A DNA stretch of 64,000 bases from Blepharisma stoltei ATCC 30299 (lineage: Eukaryota; Protista; Ciliophora). The notes beneath the pieces were generated by a model that did no database searches, was not told the origin of the DNA, and saw nothing but the letters and a program-made list of their open reading frames with translations. Positions within the stretch are counted from its first letter, which is position 1, and each line of letters starts with the position of its first letter. Shown one piece after another: positions 1 to 12,887 of this stretch. A program made the translations under genes and the position numbers. The stretch is from contig CBFDEM010000052.1 of NCBI GenBank assembly GCA_965603825.1, positions 434,001 through 498,000 of the forward strand, in the 5' to 3' direction.

Positions 1-3000
1 AAGGCATCACCAATTCCTCCACCATTTCTTATACCATAGTTTAAGGTTGAGGTGGCACATTCTACTAATGTATTGCAATATGTGCTATAGTTGGCACCTT
101 CATCTTGTGTTAGATAGTACTGCCCAAGCCACATGAATCCTGCAACTCCGAATAAATATATAGAAATAAGTCCTAGAACTAGTGTCAAAATAAGTTGCTT
201 TCTGTTTTGAGTGATTGATCTGAGAACATTATCTAAATCTTTGCTCCATCTTATACAGTCCAAAAGTAAAATAGCATAAAGAAGCTGATATTTCATAGCA
301 AAACAGGCTGAAAGCAAATAAAGAAAATTAAAAAGATTTTGGCGGCTTATAAGGACTATCAGGATTTTGAATTTTATACTCAAATGCTTAGATTTATTGT
401 GTTTTTTGACACTTTCTATATAATAATCCATTAGAACAGTGCCTTTTAATTTATTTAAAACAGGAACATAGTAAATATCTGATTCTCTTTCTCTGTGCAT
501 ATATTTATAAAGATCAATAGGGTAGTTTTCAAGCATATAAAAAATGTACACAAATAATGATAAAAATATCAATATTACACCTAGAAAAATTACCCCACCT
601 TTTATTGATGTATTATCATCTTCTTGCAGAGGCTCATTTGAATTTTTTACATCAGCCAGCAATAATGCATTTATAATCACAACAAGCCAAAAACACATTC
701 TCGCTAGCGATGGATTTTTGCTAGCCCACCAAGCTATTTTTTTGAATTCTGACAGTTTTTGTATATGCGTCATATAAATTTGATATTTTTCACTATTATG
801 AAACAACGACTTTATTTTTTCTTCATGGCTGTTTCTATTTATCTTATAAATCACATCATTTCTAAATTGTGAGCTCAAAAATACCATAGATGAAGGAATT
901 CTAAAATGGCAGATTTCCAACTTATTGTCTCTATCGATTTCAACAGTACCGATTAAAGAAGAATAAAATTCATAAGCCTTGTCCATTGTTAAGTCATAAA
1001 ATGTATCTTTTTTGCTTCCAAAATATTTCCTTATTCAAGAATAAACAGTTTTGAATAAATCTTCGTTTCTTCCTTCTAGATATTTTGTTTGCAAAATAAT
1101 AGAGTTTAAATTTGTGGTTTTTGTAGCTATAGGAACTTTATCACTAAATGCAATCCAATTCAGTTCTTCTAAATGAGGAAATCTTTCTCTGAGTCTGATA
1201 GTCATAATAACAATTTGGAAGCCGATATCTATAACCCGCCATTCATTTATAGGAATTTTTTCAGGAGGGGTTTCAGAACACTTTATAAAAGATCTCAGAG
1301 TGTCTCTCATTAAAGTATTATCAGAGCCATCATCTACACGGTCCTGTATTAGGATACTCATTTTAGGGTATATATGTTCTTTATATATAATAAATGCTAT
1401 ATCAGCCAGCTCTTTAAAATCAATTTCTTCTATCATCATTGTGGCGATACCTATATCAAGTTCTCCTTCTAAAAGTGTTGACAATAATCTTATACTGCTC
1501 TGAAAATAATCTTCGAACAGTCTATTTTCTATTTTCAAGCTTAAAGCCATATTGATGAACTTATAAAACTTTCGTCTTTTTCCTACCAATAATTGATTTT
1601 CCACACAAGGTCCTCTACACGCATCAATTAATGTTTCTAAGCACTGTGGAATCAGCTTTCTTGCTTCATAGTCGTCTGATATATAAGGCCCAGCTTCTCT
1701 TATATTAATAAGAAATTGAGCTAACTCATCTATCATATTTATAGAAAGATGCATTTTTCTGGCAGAATCGTCTTCTTGAGACCGAATATAATGTTGAAAT
1801 TTTGTAAAGCAGTTTTCGCAGAATAACTGTAAAAGCCTTATAAGATTTTTTACATGGGAAATTTTGTCTTTGAGATCGTGGGGAATTTCAGCAGGGTCCT
1901 GCGAGCCTTCAATAATAATTCCTGCTGCTCTTTCAGGATTTTTTAAAAATGCACCTTTAGCTTTCTCTACAATTCGGTCTCTTGCTGAACGTAGTTGAGA
2001 TCGGATATAAGAAAATAAATTTGAGTTGTCAGAAGCTGTCATAATTTTGAGTAGTTTTCTCTGGACTGATGAATTCCCAAATCTAAGTAGACATAATAGA
2101 AGTTTTACTGCTTCATTAATTAAATCAAATTCATTTCCATCATTGATTATTCCTAATGCAAGCTCAAGTACCCCAGCTTCACTTAGAGTGCTTTGTACAT
2201 TTTGTAAATACTCGTAATTATTAATCATCTCATTTTCTTCACTATCAAAAATTATTTCTTTCTTCTTGCTTTCTGGAACCAGCATTCTTAGCATTTTCAA
2301 TAAGCTAATTTTATGCTTCTTTTTCCTAAAAGCAGTTCCCAATTTTGATATAAACTCTTTCAAAATTGACAAATTTTTAGTTTGAATTGCAGGGTCTACA
2401 AACCTATCTTTAATTTTTCTAACCAAAACTCCAACATCTTGATCTTTACACAAATTTGAAAAAAGTCCAGAAAAGCTTTCAAGGCCATTTTTGACTTCTT
2501 GATCAAAAATTAATTCTTGATTTGGAGCTTGCACAGGGCTTGATGCTCCCCCACTTGCAAACTGTCTTTGCTTATTTATTTTAACTAGATGAGGAACTTT
2601 TGAAAAATATTTTCTGAGCTTATTAGCAAATTCTTTAAATCGTAAATATCCATCATGATCAGCATCTAAATAAAAAAAAGCTTTTTCAATATCAGCCGAC
2701 CTAACATTTCCTAATGTATTTTTAATCGCTTTTCTAAACTCTTCATATTCAATATTTCCATTTCTATCCACGTCAAATACTGAAAAAGCTTCTTCTAAAG
2801 ACAGTTTTTCTTCTATAATATATTCTCTCATTCTAGCGACTATTTGGTCAAGCTCATTACCTTCAGGATTTTCTTGCATTTTTTCAATCCCTGACATAGG
2901 AAGACATTCTCTGCACAGATTTATAGTCATTATGATATTAGAAAAATCTAATTCAGGGAACTTCACTTCTTGGTTTTGGAAATAGTCACTCATATCGTGA

Positions 3001-6000
3001 AGAAGCTCACGAATGTCTTGTAAAACTATAATTAAAGTCTCGCTTAATGGCAAAGAATTAGAAAGCATCATATCTCGCAATATATGGACCAAACCATCTT
3101 TTTCTGAGTGCCATGATTTATTGCCTGACAAATAATTTCAATAGTCTTTTATACGCTCCTGTTCAGGGTTTTGTTCGGGTTCAATGACTTCTGGGGAGAG
3201 TCTTCTATTAGAAAATTCAGAATCAAGCCCTATAAGTTCTTCAGCTTTACTATCAGCTACGAGTTTTTTGAAAGTGTCTCATTTGTTTAGTTTTGAAAAT
3301 TTGCATGGAATTGAATCAAATTCTCCTAATAAAGATAATCTTATGAGATCATCAGCAGTTTCTCTATAAAGAGATAAATCGTGTAGAAAAATATCTCTGA
3401 AAACATCTTCAAGGCCATTTAAAGAAACTGCTGGCTCGACTCCGCCTTCAATTCCAACCATATAAACTTGATATAAATATCTCAAATAAGCCTTTTTACA
3501 ATATAAATTTAAATTTTCTTTTTTGAATATGTTTTTCAATTGAATAAGCGGGATTAGTTTTCTGCCTTGAAATATGCCGAACCTATTATCTGTTGTACAA
3601 GCAATAATGCAATTAATTACTTCTAAATGGTACCTCAGCCGAAGTTTTCCTTTTACTGGATCTTTATCAAGTCCTAAATGAGGGGATAAAAAATCTTGAA
3701 TATTTCCAGTCTGCATGTGCATTTGTCTGATTGCTTTGCTATTAAAAATTCCTTTTAAAATATCAATTTGGACACGAGGAATAATTTTCCTATGCTCATC
3801 AATAATAAAAGTTCTCAAAAGCTGCAATAAGTGGAATTCATTATCATGGGTTTCTATTAATTCAAATATATGCACAATCACTTTTCCTGCGATTTCTGAC
3901 CTTGTATGACCACTTAAAACTTGTGCTATCAGCTTGGTTACATTAAAAGAAATCCCAATTAAATCAAGCAGTTTATGAATATGTGGAAAAAGAACTTTTT
4001 GGTTGCGCTTATTGTCCCAGCAGAAATGATAAAGAGTTGTAAGGGCATGTCTTAATAAATATCTTTGAGATTCATCATGCTTAAGATAAAGAATATCGAT
4101 CAAGATATTATAAACGCCACTTTGCATCAGTAAATTTTGGTATTTTACTCTTTTATAGTCATGCATAGTATCATTTTTAAATAGCTGAGAAAATTCTAAA
4201 GTTATTACTGTGGAGTCTTTTAAAGCTTCATTATACATAGGAATATCACTTGCTTCGTGAGATTCCTCTTGGCCTTGTGTTAGTGTCTTAATAGTCTCAT
4301 TAAGCCTTCTTTTTCGCTGTAGCAGTTTTAAATAAAAATCTTTTGTATTTTCATCAGTTAAAAACTCAACTTTAATCATTTCTTTTTTCAGTAATTTTCT
4401 GCTATTCAAGCCATTTAGAATCAGCTCAAGTGCCCTTTTCCTGATTTCTTTATTTTTTGATTTACTTACATCAAAAAGCAGCTCCAATAGATAAATGTCT
4501 AAATAATGCACAGATTTGCTGATATTAGTAATTGGCTGATATGAGAAGCTCTGTATGAACTTTTCATCCATTTTATTGATAATTTCTATTTCTTGCTCTT
4601 TGCTGCGGTCTTCTACATCCCAATCCAGCAGTTTCAATGTATCTTCAAATCTCACCTTTAAATCCTCATCTGTTAATTCCTCATTAGTATTCTTTTTTTC
4701 ATTATATTCCCAAAACAGCCTCAATAAATTATATAACTGCAGATTTTCCCTTCTAACCACAAGCACTTGTAGCATGCTCAAAACTTCTTCGATGACTTGT
4801 ATATGTTTTTTCTCTAGTGATGGGTTATAGTCATTAGATAAAGATTCCCTTACTTCTCTTGTCAACTGTGTACATCAGTGGCTTTCATCTCCTGATTTTT
4901 CAGTAATTAAAAAGCAGATAGGTTGCATTACAAATTCAATGAACTCATAGTCTTCGATTTCTAAATCAATCATAGATCTAGTGACTTTTATAAAGGAAAC
5001 CACTAGTTTTAATTTTCGCCCAAGCTGCTCTTTATTTATTTTTACATCTCCTTCATAGCTTCAGAAGTTCTGGATAATTGCTTTGACTTGGTTCAAATTT
5101 TCGTGACGGTGCTCAAAGGTAGTTTCGTCAACCCTTTCAATTTTGTCATCTCAGCTAAAGCAGCGGGTTTTTTGTGATGTACAAGGTATATAAGGGTCGA
5201 CATCAATATAAAGAACCCTACATAAGTTTGCATAGGCTGCTCGCACCTTGTCGTTTATATCAGCATTTTTGAGAGCTAGCTGGATATGAGAAAGGGAAGC
5301 ATTAATGGTAGTTCCTGTATGCTGGATAGCCATTTTATATCTACCTAAGCAGATGCTTGCAATCAAGTCTATGGTTGCGGCAAGATAGCTAGCGTATTCA
5401 TCAAGTTTACAAATATCTTCTAGGTAAAAAATAGCACTAGTAATTTCTTCGTCAATAAGCAAGCTTTGTTCATCTTTGGCTGTCCCAAAAGCACTTAGTC
5501 TTGGATTAGCTTTTAATATATCTTGAACTGTATGAGTTTTTATAGGAAAATCAAACTCAACACAAGGTCTTTTATTTACTATATGGAATCTTATAAGAGA
5601 AAAATGAGTTTCTGGATCAAGCAGGCATTTTCTAGCTAAAACTTGAAATTTTAAAACTCCAGCGCCTTTATTTTCACATAAGTACTTTAAGATTGTTAAA
5701 TATAAGGTCTGTTCTTGAATATTATTAGGGGTTTCACTGATTGGTTCTAGATAATTAAACCACCTGCTGAACTTCTTTTCGTCTAATAAAGAAAATTCTG
5801 AAGTATAGCAAAATATTTCTCTGAGAATATTCCCAATGTCTTTATTGATATGTTTAGACAGCATAGCTACTAGATGATGCTCGTATTTATCAAAATTTTG
5901 ACAATTCCTTGAATTTCCTTTAATAGATTCATAAACAAGTCTGTAAATTCCATTTTGTACATGAATTAGATATTTTGATGCAATATTATTATCGTCTTGA

Positions 6001-7550
6001 TGTCCTGGACGGCTTCCTGCTCTTGTTCCAGTAGTGTCTAGCTTATTCTGAATCAGCTCTGCAATTGCCATTAGTCCATCAATGACGCCCATTTCTCTCA
6101 TGGAATTTTGCCTTTTATGAATATCTACTTCTGAGTCATTTTGGTGTATAATATGTTTTGATAAATTTTTGAGCATTGTGGTCATATTACTACAATTTGC
6201 TTTTAAAAAATTTTCTCTTTCTGGATTTTCTAATAAATAATCAGTGGTTATTGTATTATCGTCCATATAGTAATAAAAATCACACAAGTGAGGAATCATC
6301 AAAGAGAGCTTATAAACATGTGCTGTCTGATGCTCCGGGACATCTTCTATTAAAAACGCAATGGTCGCATAATCTTTTTTCCCAGTTGCTAATCCTAGTT
6401 TATATTTAATACTTTTCTTTTTCCTCAAATATTGTTCTTCAATCATCTCATCCCTAACTTGGATAAATTTGTATTTTTCAGTCTGCAAAGATAAAATTGT
6501 ACCAAACCTTATTTCAGTTTCTGCAGTTTCTGAATCAGGAATTAGCCTAAATAATGTCCCTTGTGCATAAGCATTAGAAGTAAGCTCTGCACAGTCAGCT
6601 GACTCTTTTAAGAAAAAGCCAGTCGCTAAATGCTTTATTCTAAACTGTTCTTCTCATTTTGCAGTTCCCCCAACAAAACTGGATACTCTTTGCAGCTCTC
6701 ATAAAGAATTACTGGATTTATTTTTCTTTTCTAAATAAGCTTCAGGGACTCCTGCATCTCCTATGATTTGTGTTTCGTTAACTGATAAATATCCTTGTGA
6801 AATTCTATGGTAAATTCTAAACGAATCTCCAGTCGTCACAAAATTAGATGCTTCACTTGACAAATTAAACGCCATGTATCTTCTAGGCTTTCACTCAGTC
6901 TGTTTCCCGCTTGCATTTACTTCTAATTTCCTGTCTGAAAGCGCAGATGCACTTTCATAGCAATGCAAGAAATACTGAGATTTTTCTGATAATGATTGAA
7001 ATGATATAGAATCCCCATAAGAAATCATTTCTCCATCTCGCCTTAGCTTATTAACTGGGACAATTTCAAATCATGTATGCTCGCTTCCTTCATTTTCAAT
7101 TGTTACTTGTAAACAGCCTGGCTCCAAAGCAATACTTTTGGCATTCACGTTAATAAAACCCATGCTGTGCAGATGCCGAAGCTGAATTCTTTCACCATAA
7201 GTCAAGGCTTTCCCAAGCGTCATTTTAAGCTCAGAATCTGCTTTTTCAGTAGTCACTTCATTTACTCTTCGTGCATTTTCTACACGAAATAAGCATGATC
7301 TTGCTAATGAATTTGCATTTTTTTCGCTTTCTGAGTCTCGTGGGATCACAACGAGGGTTTGTGAAATGACTCCATCAGCAGACAGAAATCCACTGTAGAC
7401 TCCATTGTTGTTAGATTTGAACATAAGCACTATTACATCTCCAACTTTCATATAGCCGGATTTATCTGTACGTGTTTTTTCTTTGGCTCTGGCAGAGGCT
7501 TCTTGGATTTCTCTGCTTATTGATCTTGGCTTGTCTTTAGAAGAAAACAT
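1..7550 (-). CDS. IP3 receptor/ryanodine receptor-type Ca2+ release channel (3' end runs off the window)
   Basis: ORFs 7071-7550, 5151-6488, 3279-4865 and 1035-3131 share one frame and are joined by TGA=Trp. MIR/beta-trefoil motifs include ERIQLRHLHS and NSLW(TGA)ELQR..KW(TGA)EEQFRIKHLATGFFL. RIH-associated motifs are LLQLFCEN and CRGPCVENQ. TM helices lie near 150-700, and the pore signature GIRNGGGIGDA at 3-35. Confidence 0.93.
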
Positions 7551-7642
7551 TTTTGTTTTAAATTAAGATGAAACTGATTAATTATAGAAAATTAAAATTG
7601 GCTATATAGAGTTGGACTATTGTGAAGATTTTTTGTTAATTA

Positions 7643-8560
7643 TTACCAATGCTCATAATTACAAGTGCACAGACTTGCTATTTGAAGACAGTCGATACAA
7701 TACATGTTCCCACACCCGTCACACTTTGCAAGCTTACCTTTGATAGTTTTGAACTCCAATGCACAAAATGGGCATCATTTGCCATTTCTGCTGTTAAACA
7801 TGGGAGCGTTTCTAAAGCATCTGCATTCATTAATTTTTCTTTCACAATTTATACAAAATTCAAGTTTGCATTTTGTGCAGTTAACTCTGTCACGATTAGA
7901 AACCCCATAAAGTTCGCCGCATTTTGGGCATGGAACAAATTGTCCATAAATTCCACTTGAAATCAGTTGTTGAGTTGAGTATTCTTCAAAGTGTCTTTTA
8001 AGTTCAGGAGATAAAAATTCCATATCAATCATTTGAATTTCAGATTCACAGGATTCTAATGGGCATTTTATTGGAAACATTTTGCTCGATATACAATTTT
8101 GCAGGTGTCCTTCTAAGCATACCGAATGAAACATATGATCACACTTTTCTAGCAATTTCAGCTGCTCTCCATTTATTTTATGACTGCAAATCGAGCAAGT
8201 TAATTCAATTTCTTCAATCTTCTCTTCTATTGGGAGCTCAAAAATAGGAGGACTTATTGGATCTTTTATCTCATTTTTTTTCAATTCGCCCTTGAGAAGG
8301 ATATATGCTTCTCCTAGTAGTCCTTCATATAGTTTTAATTCGATTTTTTTTTGTAATTCTTCATTTATGCTTTTGAGGTTTATAGATTCATAAAATTCGT
8401 CTAAAAATTTAATGATGACATTAAGTGATAGCTTTGTCTTGCATTGGATTAGCCCTGCAATGTAAAATCCTATTGGTGGGATTTTACGGCCTAAAAATTT
8501 TATTGCTTCTAAGTCTTTTTCGGGATTTTCCTGATCTAAACTTATACTTTCAATATTCAT
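7643..8560 (-). CDS. RING/IBR (RBR-like) E3 ubiquitin ligase
   Basis: CSIC..CDHMFHSVC..CPLESC RING and CPKC..CTKCKLEFCINC. Reading TGA 7775 as W adds WCPFC..CDGCGNMYCIDC and reaches TAA at 7643. Confidence 0.85.
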
Positions 8561-8759
8561 TTATTAAGATTAAAATATTAAAAATCTTAAAACTATACTA
8601 GGAACAATTTTAATAACAAAAAATCTAATCGATTGAAATAATCTTTATTTATTATTCATATTCAAGCAAATTTTCTTTAATTAAATATATAATAATAAAT
8701 ATTATTTTAAATATAAACTATTAGGAAACTACCATTGCAAGCTCTTATTTGATATTTCA

Positions 8760-9270
8760 AGTTCAAAATCACAGTTTTAATCATCTGATCTTTTTCTTAA
8801 TATTCCTTTAAACATTTTTTATGATTATGTATCATTATAGAATCTCCTATAAATTGAAAGCGCTATATATTATCCCAAAGGAGAATAAGCAATATAGCTC
8901 AGCAAAAAATAGTATCTATATGTTTTAGCGGCAATGAATTCTTTTTTTATATCTTATAAAATTATCTGTGAGCTAGAAAAGCTTGCTAAATATTTTTCAC
9001 ATGGCGAAAAACAAGCCGCTTCCTGTTTTTTACGCATCCAATTTTTTAAAGTTTTATAATTCCAATTATAATTTTTCACATCTGAAAATGCTGCGCAGTT
9101 TGCCTTTGAACAATCGTAATACTTTTCGGATATATTCATATATGATTTGGCCTAATCAACACCAACAATATATTTTTTTTTCTAATATAACTTGCCTTCA
9201 TTTATTTTAATATTATGATAGATAATAAAAAACTTTATCCCCAAGCAAGTCTGCAGACACAAATTGAAAA
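8760..9270 (-). pseudogene. Probable decayed WD40-repeat gene fragment
   Basis: AACFSPCEKYLASFSSSQIIL*DIK, and in a shifted frame YIAYSPLG*YIALS, resemble WD40 strands. Both are interrupted by TAA and frameshifts. Boundaries are approximate. Confidence 0.4.
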
Positions 9271-9337
9271 ATAACTTGCATTAAGCCTATATTTTAAATA
9301 ATTTTCCCTATTATTTAACTTTATCCTACAATTAGAA

Positions 9338-10682
9338 TTAACAAAATGAATATATTGATATCTTGTTTGAATAACTAATTGCAAGCCTAGTTCCGTCTTC
9401 ACTCCATGACCTAAATAGAATTTACATATCGCAGATCGAAGCTTGAAAATGAAGTGACCTCATTTTAGAAGGAGGATCCACAGATCATATAAAAACAACT
9501 CCATCTTCGCTGCCACTCGCAAAATAATCGCCATCGCTTCTATGAGAAATCTTGGTAATTTGGCTACTGTGAGCTTTAAACGAAGGCCCTGAAGATTTTT
9601 TAACTGGATTCCAAAATTCCAGCTCTCCTTGTGAGGTTCCTGCAATAAATAAAGGCTGGCAAGGATTTCATTCAAAGGCAGACACACTTTTTTTCATCCA
9701 CCAAGGCCCGTCTTGGTCATAGAACCCTAAGTTTTCATCAGTGATCATTGCTAGTAGCCTCCCTTCTGAGTCCATCCTAATTTTCTTCACGCTAAGAAAA
9801 TTGCACAAAGTTCTCGCAACATTTTCACCAATCTTCCATATAAAAATCCCTTCAGAAGTTGCTACTATAAATTCATCATCTCCTTTTCACTTGACATCAG
9901 AAACTTCTGTATTTCTATGGTCAAAAATTTGTTTAAGCGACCCTTGGGTATCCCACAGCCTAATCGAATCTTTAGAAAACGTCAATAAATGATACCCGCT
10001 TGGATCCCACTCTAAGCCTACAATTTCGGACTCGTGGAATAAAGTTCCTATCAGTTCCCATCTATTTCCCCACATTCTTACATACCCATCCTTTGCCAGT
10101 GATGCAATACCCTTATGTCTGTTTATTGCAATGGCAGTGACCTCAAACATCTGAGCAGACCCAGAAATGTGTGGAAGAATGCTAATTGTTTCTCAATCCG
10201 ACAGCTCCAAGCCAATTCTCCACAAACGAGCTGTTCCATCATAAGATCTGAATACAAATTACCCTGACAAAATCCACGATTTCTCATACGAAATATAAGC
10301 AACTTTTCCAGAGTGACCTTCAAGTGTTACTACATCAGGGTCTTCGTCGTCTGCGAATCCATTGGAGTTATCAACTATTGATCGTGGCGTTGTTTGGTAC
10401 CCACATGTATGTGAATGTAAGAGCCGAAATTCGCCCCGACAGCGCTGGAAGCCTTGATGGAGAGCGACCTTATATAAATTTTACTTCTTCAAGTATATGT
10501 GAGTCCAGTTCTTCCATAAGCAACGCTTTCTGCAGATAATTAATCAGAGCGCCAGGAGGGACTTGACAATCTTTAAGCTTGGATTCTTGTTCTAAGATGA
10601 AGGCAGCATGATTTAGACCACGTTCTCGGAGATAGTGGAGGATTAAAAGGTTTATGTCTTCACTGTTAATATAAATTGACAT
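9338..10682 (-). CDS. LisH + WD40 protein, TBL1/SIF2-like (3 micro-introns)
   Basis: N-terminal LisH (INSEDINLLILHYLRERGLNHAAF..VPPGALINYLQK). Removing introns 10469-10484, 10248-10262 and 9411-9425 and reading TGA=W restores WD motifs such as SGSYDGTARLW and ASGSEDGVVFIW. Confidence 0.85.
9411..9425 (-). other. 15-nt spliceosomal intron GTAAATTCTATTTAG
   Basis: GT..AG with A at position 10. Removal deletes an in-frame TAA and restores ICDMSWSEDGTRLA. Confidence 0.88.
10248..10262 (-). other. 15-nt intron GTAATTTGTATTCAG
   Basis: Removal deletes an in-frame TAA and gives the WD motif ILSGSYDGTARLW. Confidence 0.93.
10469..10484 (-). other. 16-nt intron GTAAAATTTATATAAG
   Basis: Required to shift from the LisH frame into the WD40 frame. 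A at position 10. Confidence 0.88.
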
Positions 10683-10780
10683 AGGTTTAACTAATTTTAT
10701 TAGCCTTTACCGCTAGATATGGAGTTAAAAGTGAAATTAAATATTTTTGGTATGAATTTAGGAATAATGAATTTTATTGA

Positions 10781-12859
10781 TTATAAAGAAATAAATAGCC
10801 GTAGGTGAAGCAAGACTTCAGAAATCAGACCTTTTTCTGGCACAAAAATCTCTGCATTTGAGAGAGAATAGTATAAGCTTTTGCCTAATTGATATTGTGT
10901 AAAAAATCCTTCTATTGTAATAAATAGTGGCTCAACCCATATTGCGCAAATTCCAAATAGCAGGATAGTAATAATTAAAGCAGCACCTCCGATAATTTCC
11001 CATCTTTCTATTTTCAAAGCCTTTGTAATTGCGATATAAAAAAATCCTAGCCCAACAAAACATGCTATATAGCTTTTAATGCAAACGCTATATACTATCA
11101 ATATCCCGCAATAGCAAAATAATGCAGAATAGAACTCGAAATTCATTTTCTCTTCCATAATATATCTATAAAAAGACACACCCATCATCCAAATCCCTAT
11201 ATAAAACGCAAGATAGACGCTTTGAGCCATTATCGATAGCCTCAATCCAAATAAAAATACAATTGAGTTTCTCATAATTTTATCAGTTGTGCTTTCTGAT
11301 CCTGAATAATCTAAAGGTATATGATTACAATACACTATTGCCAGATTATAAACCAAGCTAACCAGTCACGAACTTTCGTCTTCAACCAATAAAATCAAAA
11401 TAATATTCAGCAGATACCTTGTAAAAAAGCTTAAAACATACTCAATTCACGTTTGTGAAGGGCTGTTTTCATCTTTCGCTAAAGGATTGCTTAAAGGGAA
11501 TAAGTTAGATGAATATAAATTGAAAACTGCCACAACTGCTAGCAAGGTCCTTACAATTGTGCTTAAAAAGGGCCATACGATAGTATCAGGAAAAAATGAA
11601 ATTATTTGTGGAGAAAATGTATCTTCAATATTATTCAAAAATGAAGACACTATGACTTGGAAAAGGAGTATAGCTGTATATAAAGCCCTATCAGGAAAAA
11701 ATGAGTTTGTACGAGGCAAAAATGATGTCCCAATTGATATTCCTGCATATCCATATATAACTAAGCACCAAACTCTCTGTTTAAAACCGAAAAATGATAA
11801 AAATATATAAAATATCATCAATCCTAAAACAAGCATATCTTTTGTGCACCAATTTCTATATCCACCAGGATTTTGGGCTATTTTGTCATTTATTAGCACA
11901 AAATTTAAATAATCTCTTTTAAATTCTTCATACTCGCCAAAATAATTCACATATACTAAAACTGGTAATAAAACTGATATTAATGCTCCATTAAAAATAT
12001 AGCCTACTAGCCTAAAGTCAACTTTTCTATCCATTGACTCATAATCATCTTTATATAGAAACGCTCTGTCACCTGCTAAATATAGGTATGCAAGGATTAT
12101 CCCTGAATAAAGTAAAACAAAAACACACCAAAATGGCTGCAAACGTAAAGGCATTTTTGGGTGCAGCTTAAGACCAATAAGATAGCCTATATAAGCAATT
12201 CCAATATAAAATGGCAACTGAACAAGAGGAAAAGGGCAGCAAAAACTGAGGATATATGAAACCCATGATATAAAAATTGCTGTAAAGGCTTTTACTCCTA
12301 TATTATGCTCTATATTAAAAGTCTCTATTTCTGGCTCCATGTCAGAATATTTCAAAAATATTAAAATACTGTGTAAGAACATCGCCCAAGACAAGCAGCA
12401 TGCAATTAATAAAATGCTGCTTATCAGCCCAGAGCCTGTGTTTTCATATAAAATAGTCCCTCCCATATATAACAAAAACGCGAAAAATAAGCTGCTTAAG
12501 CATAAACTGACTGCCGATCTGTTAGAATAGCAAGTAGACATGGTTCCTGCAAAAAGACCTAAAATAGCATATGAGCCAATTCCATAAAAAATTGATAAAA
12601 CAGGTATGATTCCAAACAAATAGTAAGTATCATCTCCTTGGGTTTCTGGGTTATAAATAGTATCTGCTTCTTCAGCTCTTTTCACTAGAGATTCCCAGAT
12701 TTCCATTGCTTTGCTAATCGTGAGTTCTCCACTTTGGACCAGTGATTTCATGTCATTTACGCCTAAAATCAATTTGACATCTCCTTTATAATAAAAATCC
12801 TCATGGCTGTGAGTTATACTCAAAGCTAGAAATCCTAAAAGCAGAGAGATTGGTACCAT
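10781..12859 (-). CDS. Uncharacterised polytopic membrane protein with signal peptide (~692 aa)
   Basis: ORFs 11447-12859 and 10781-11356 are in one frame, joined through two TGA codons. Signal-like N-terminus and many hydrophobic helices. Confidence 0.8.
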
Positions 12860-12887
12860 TTTTAATTATAAAGATTATCGTCATTAA

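Noticed and set aside
1035-7550. Fragmented ORFs read as pseudogenes, separate genes or selenoproteins
   Set aside because: The pieces share one frame and the TGA codons align to Trp, not Cys or Sec, positions.
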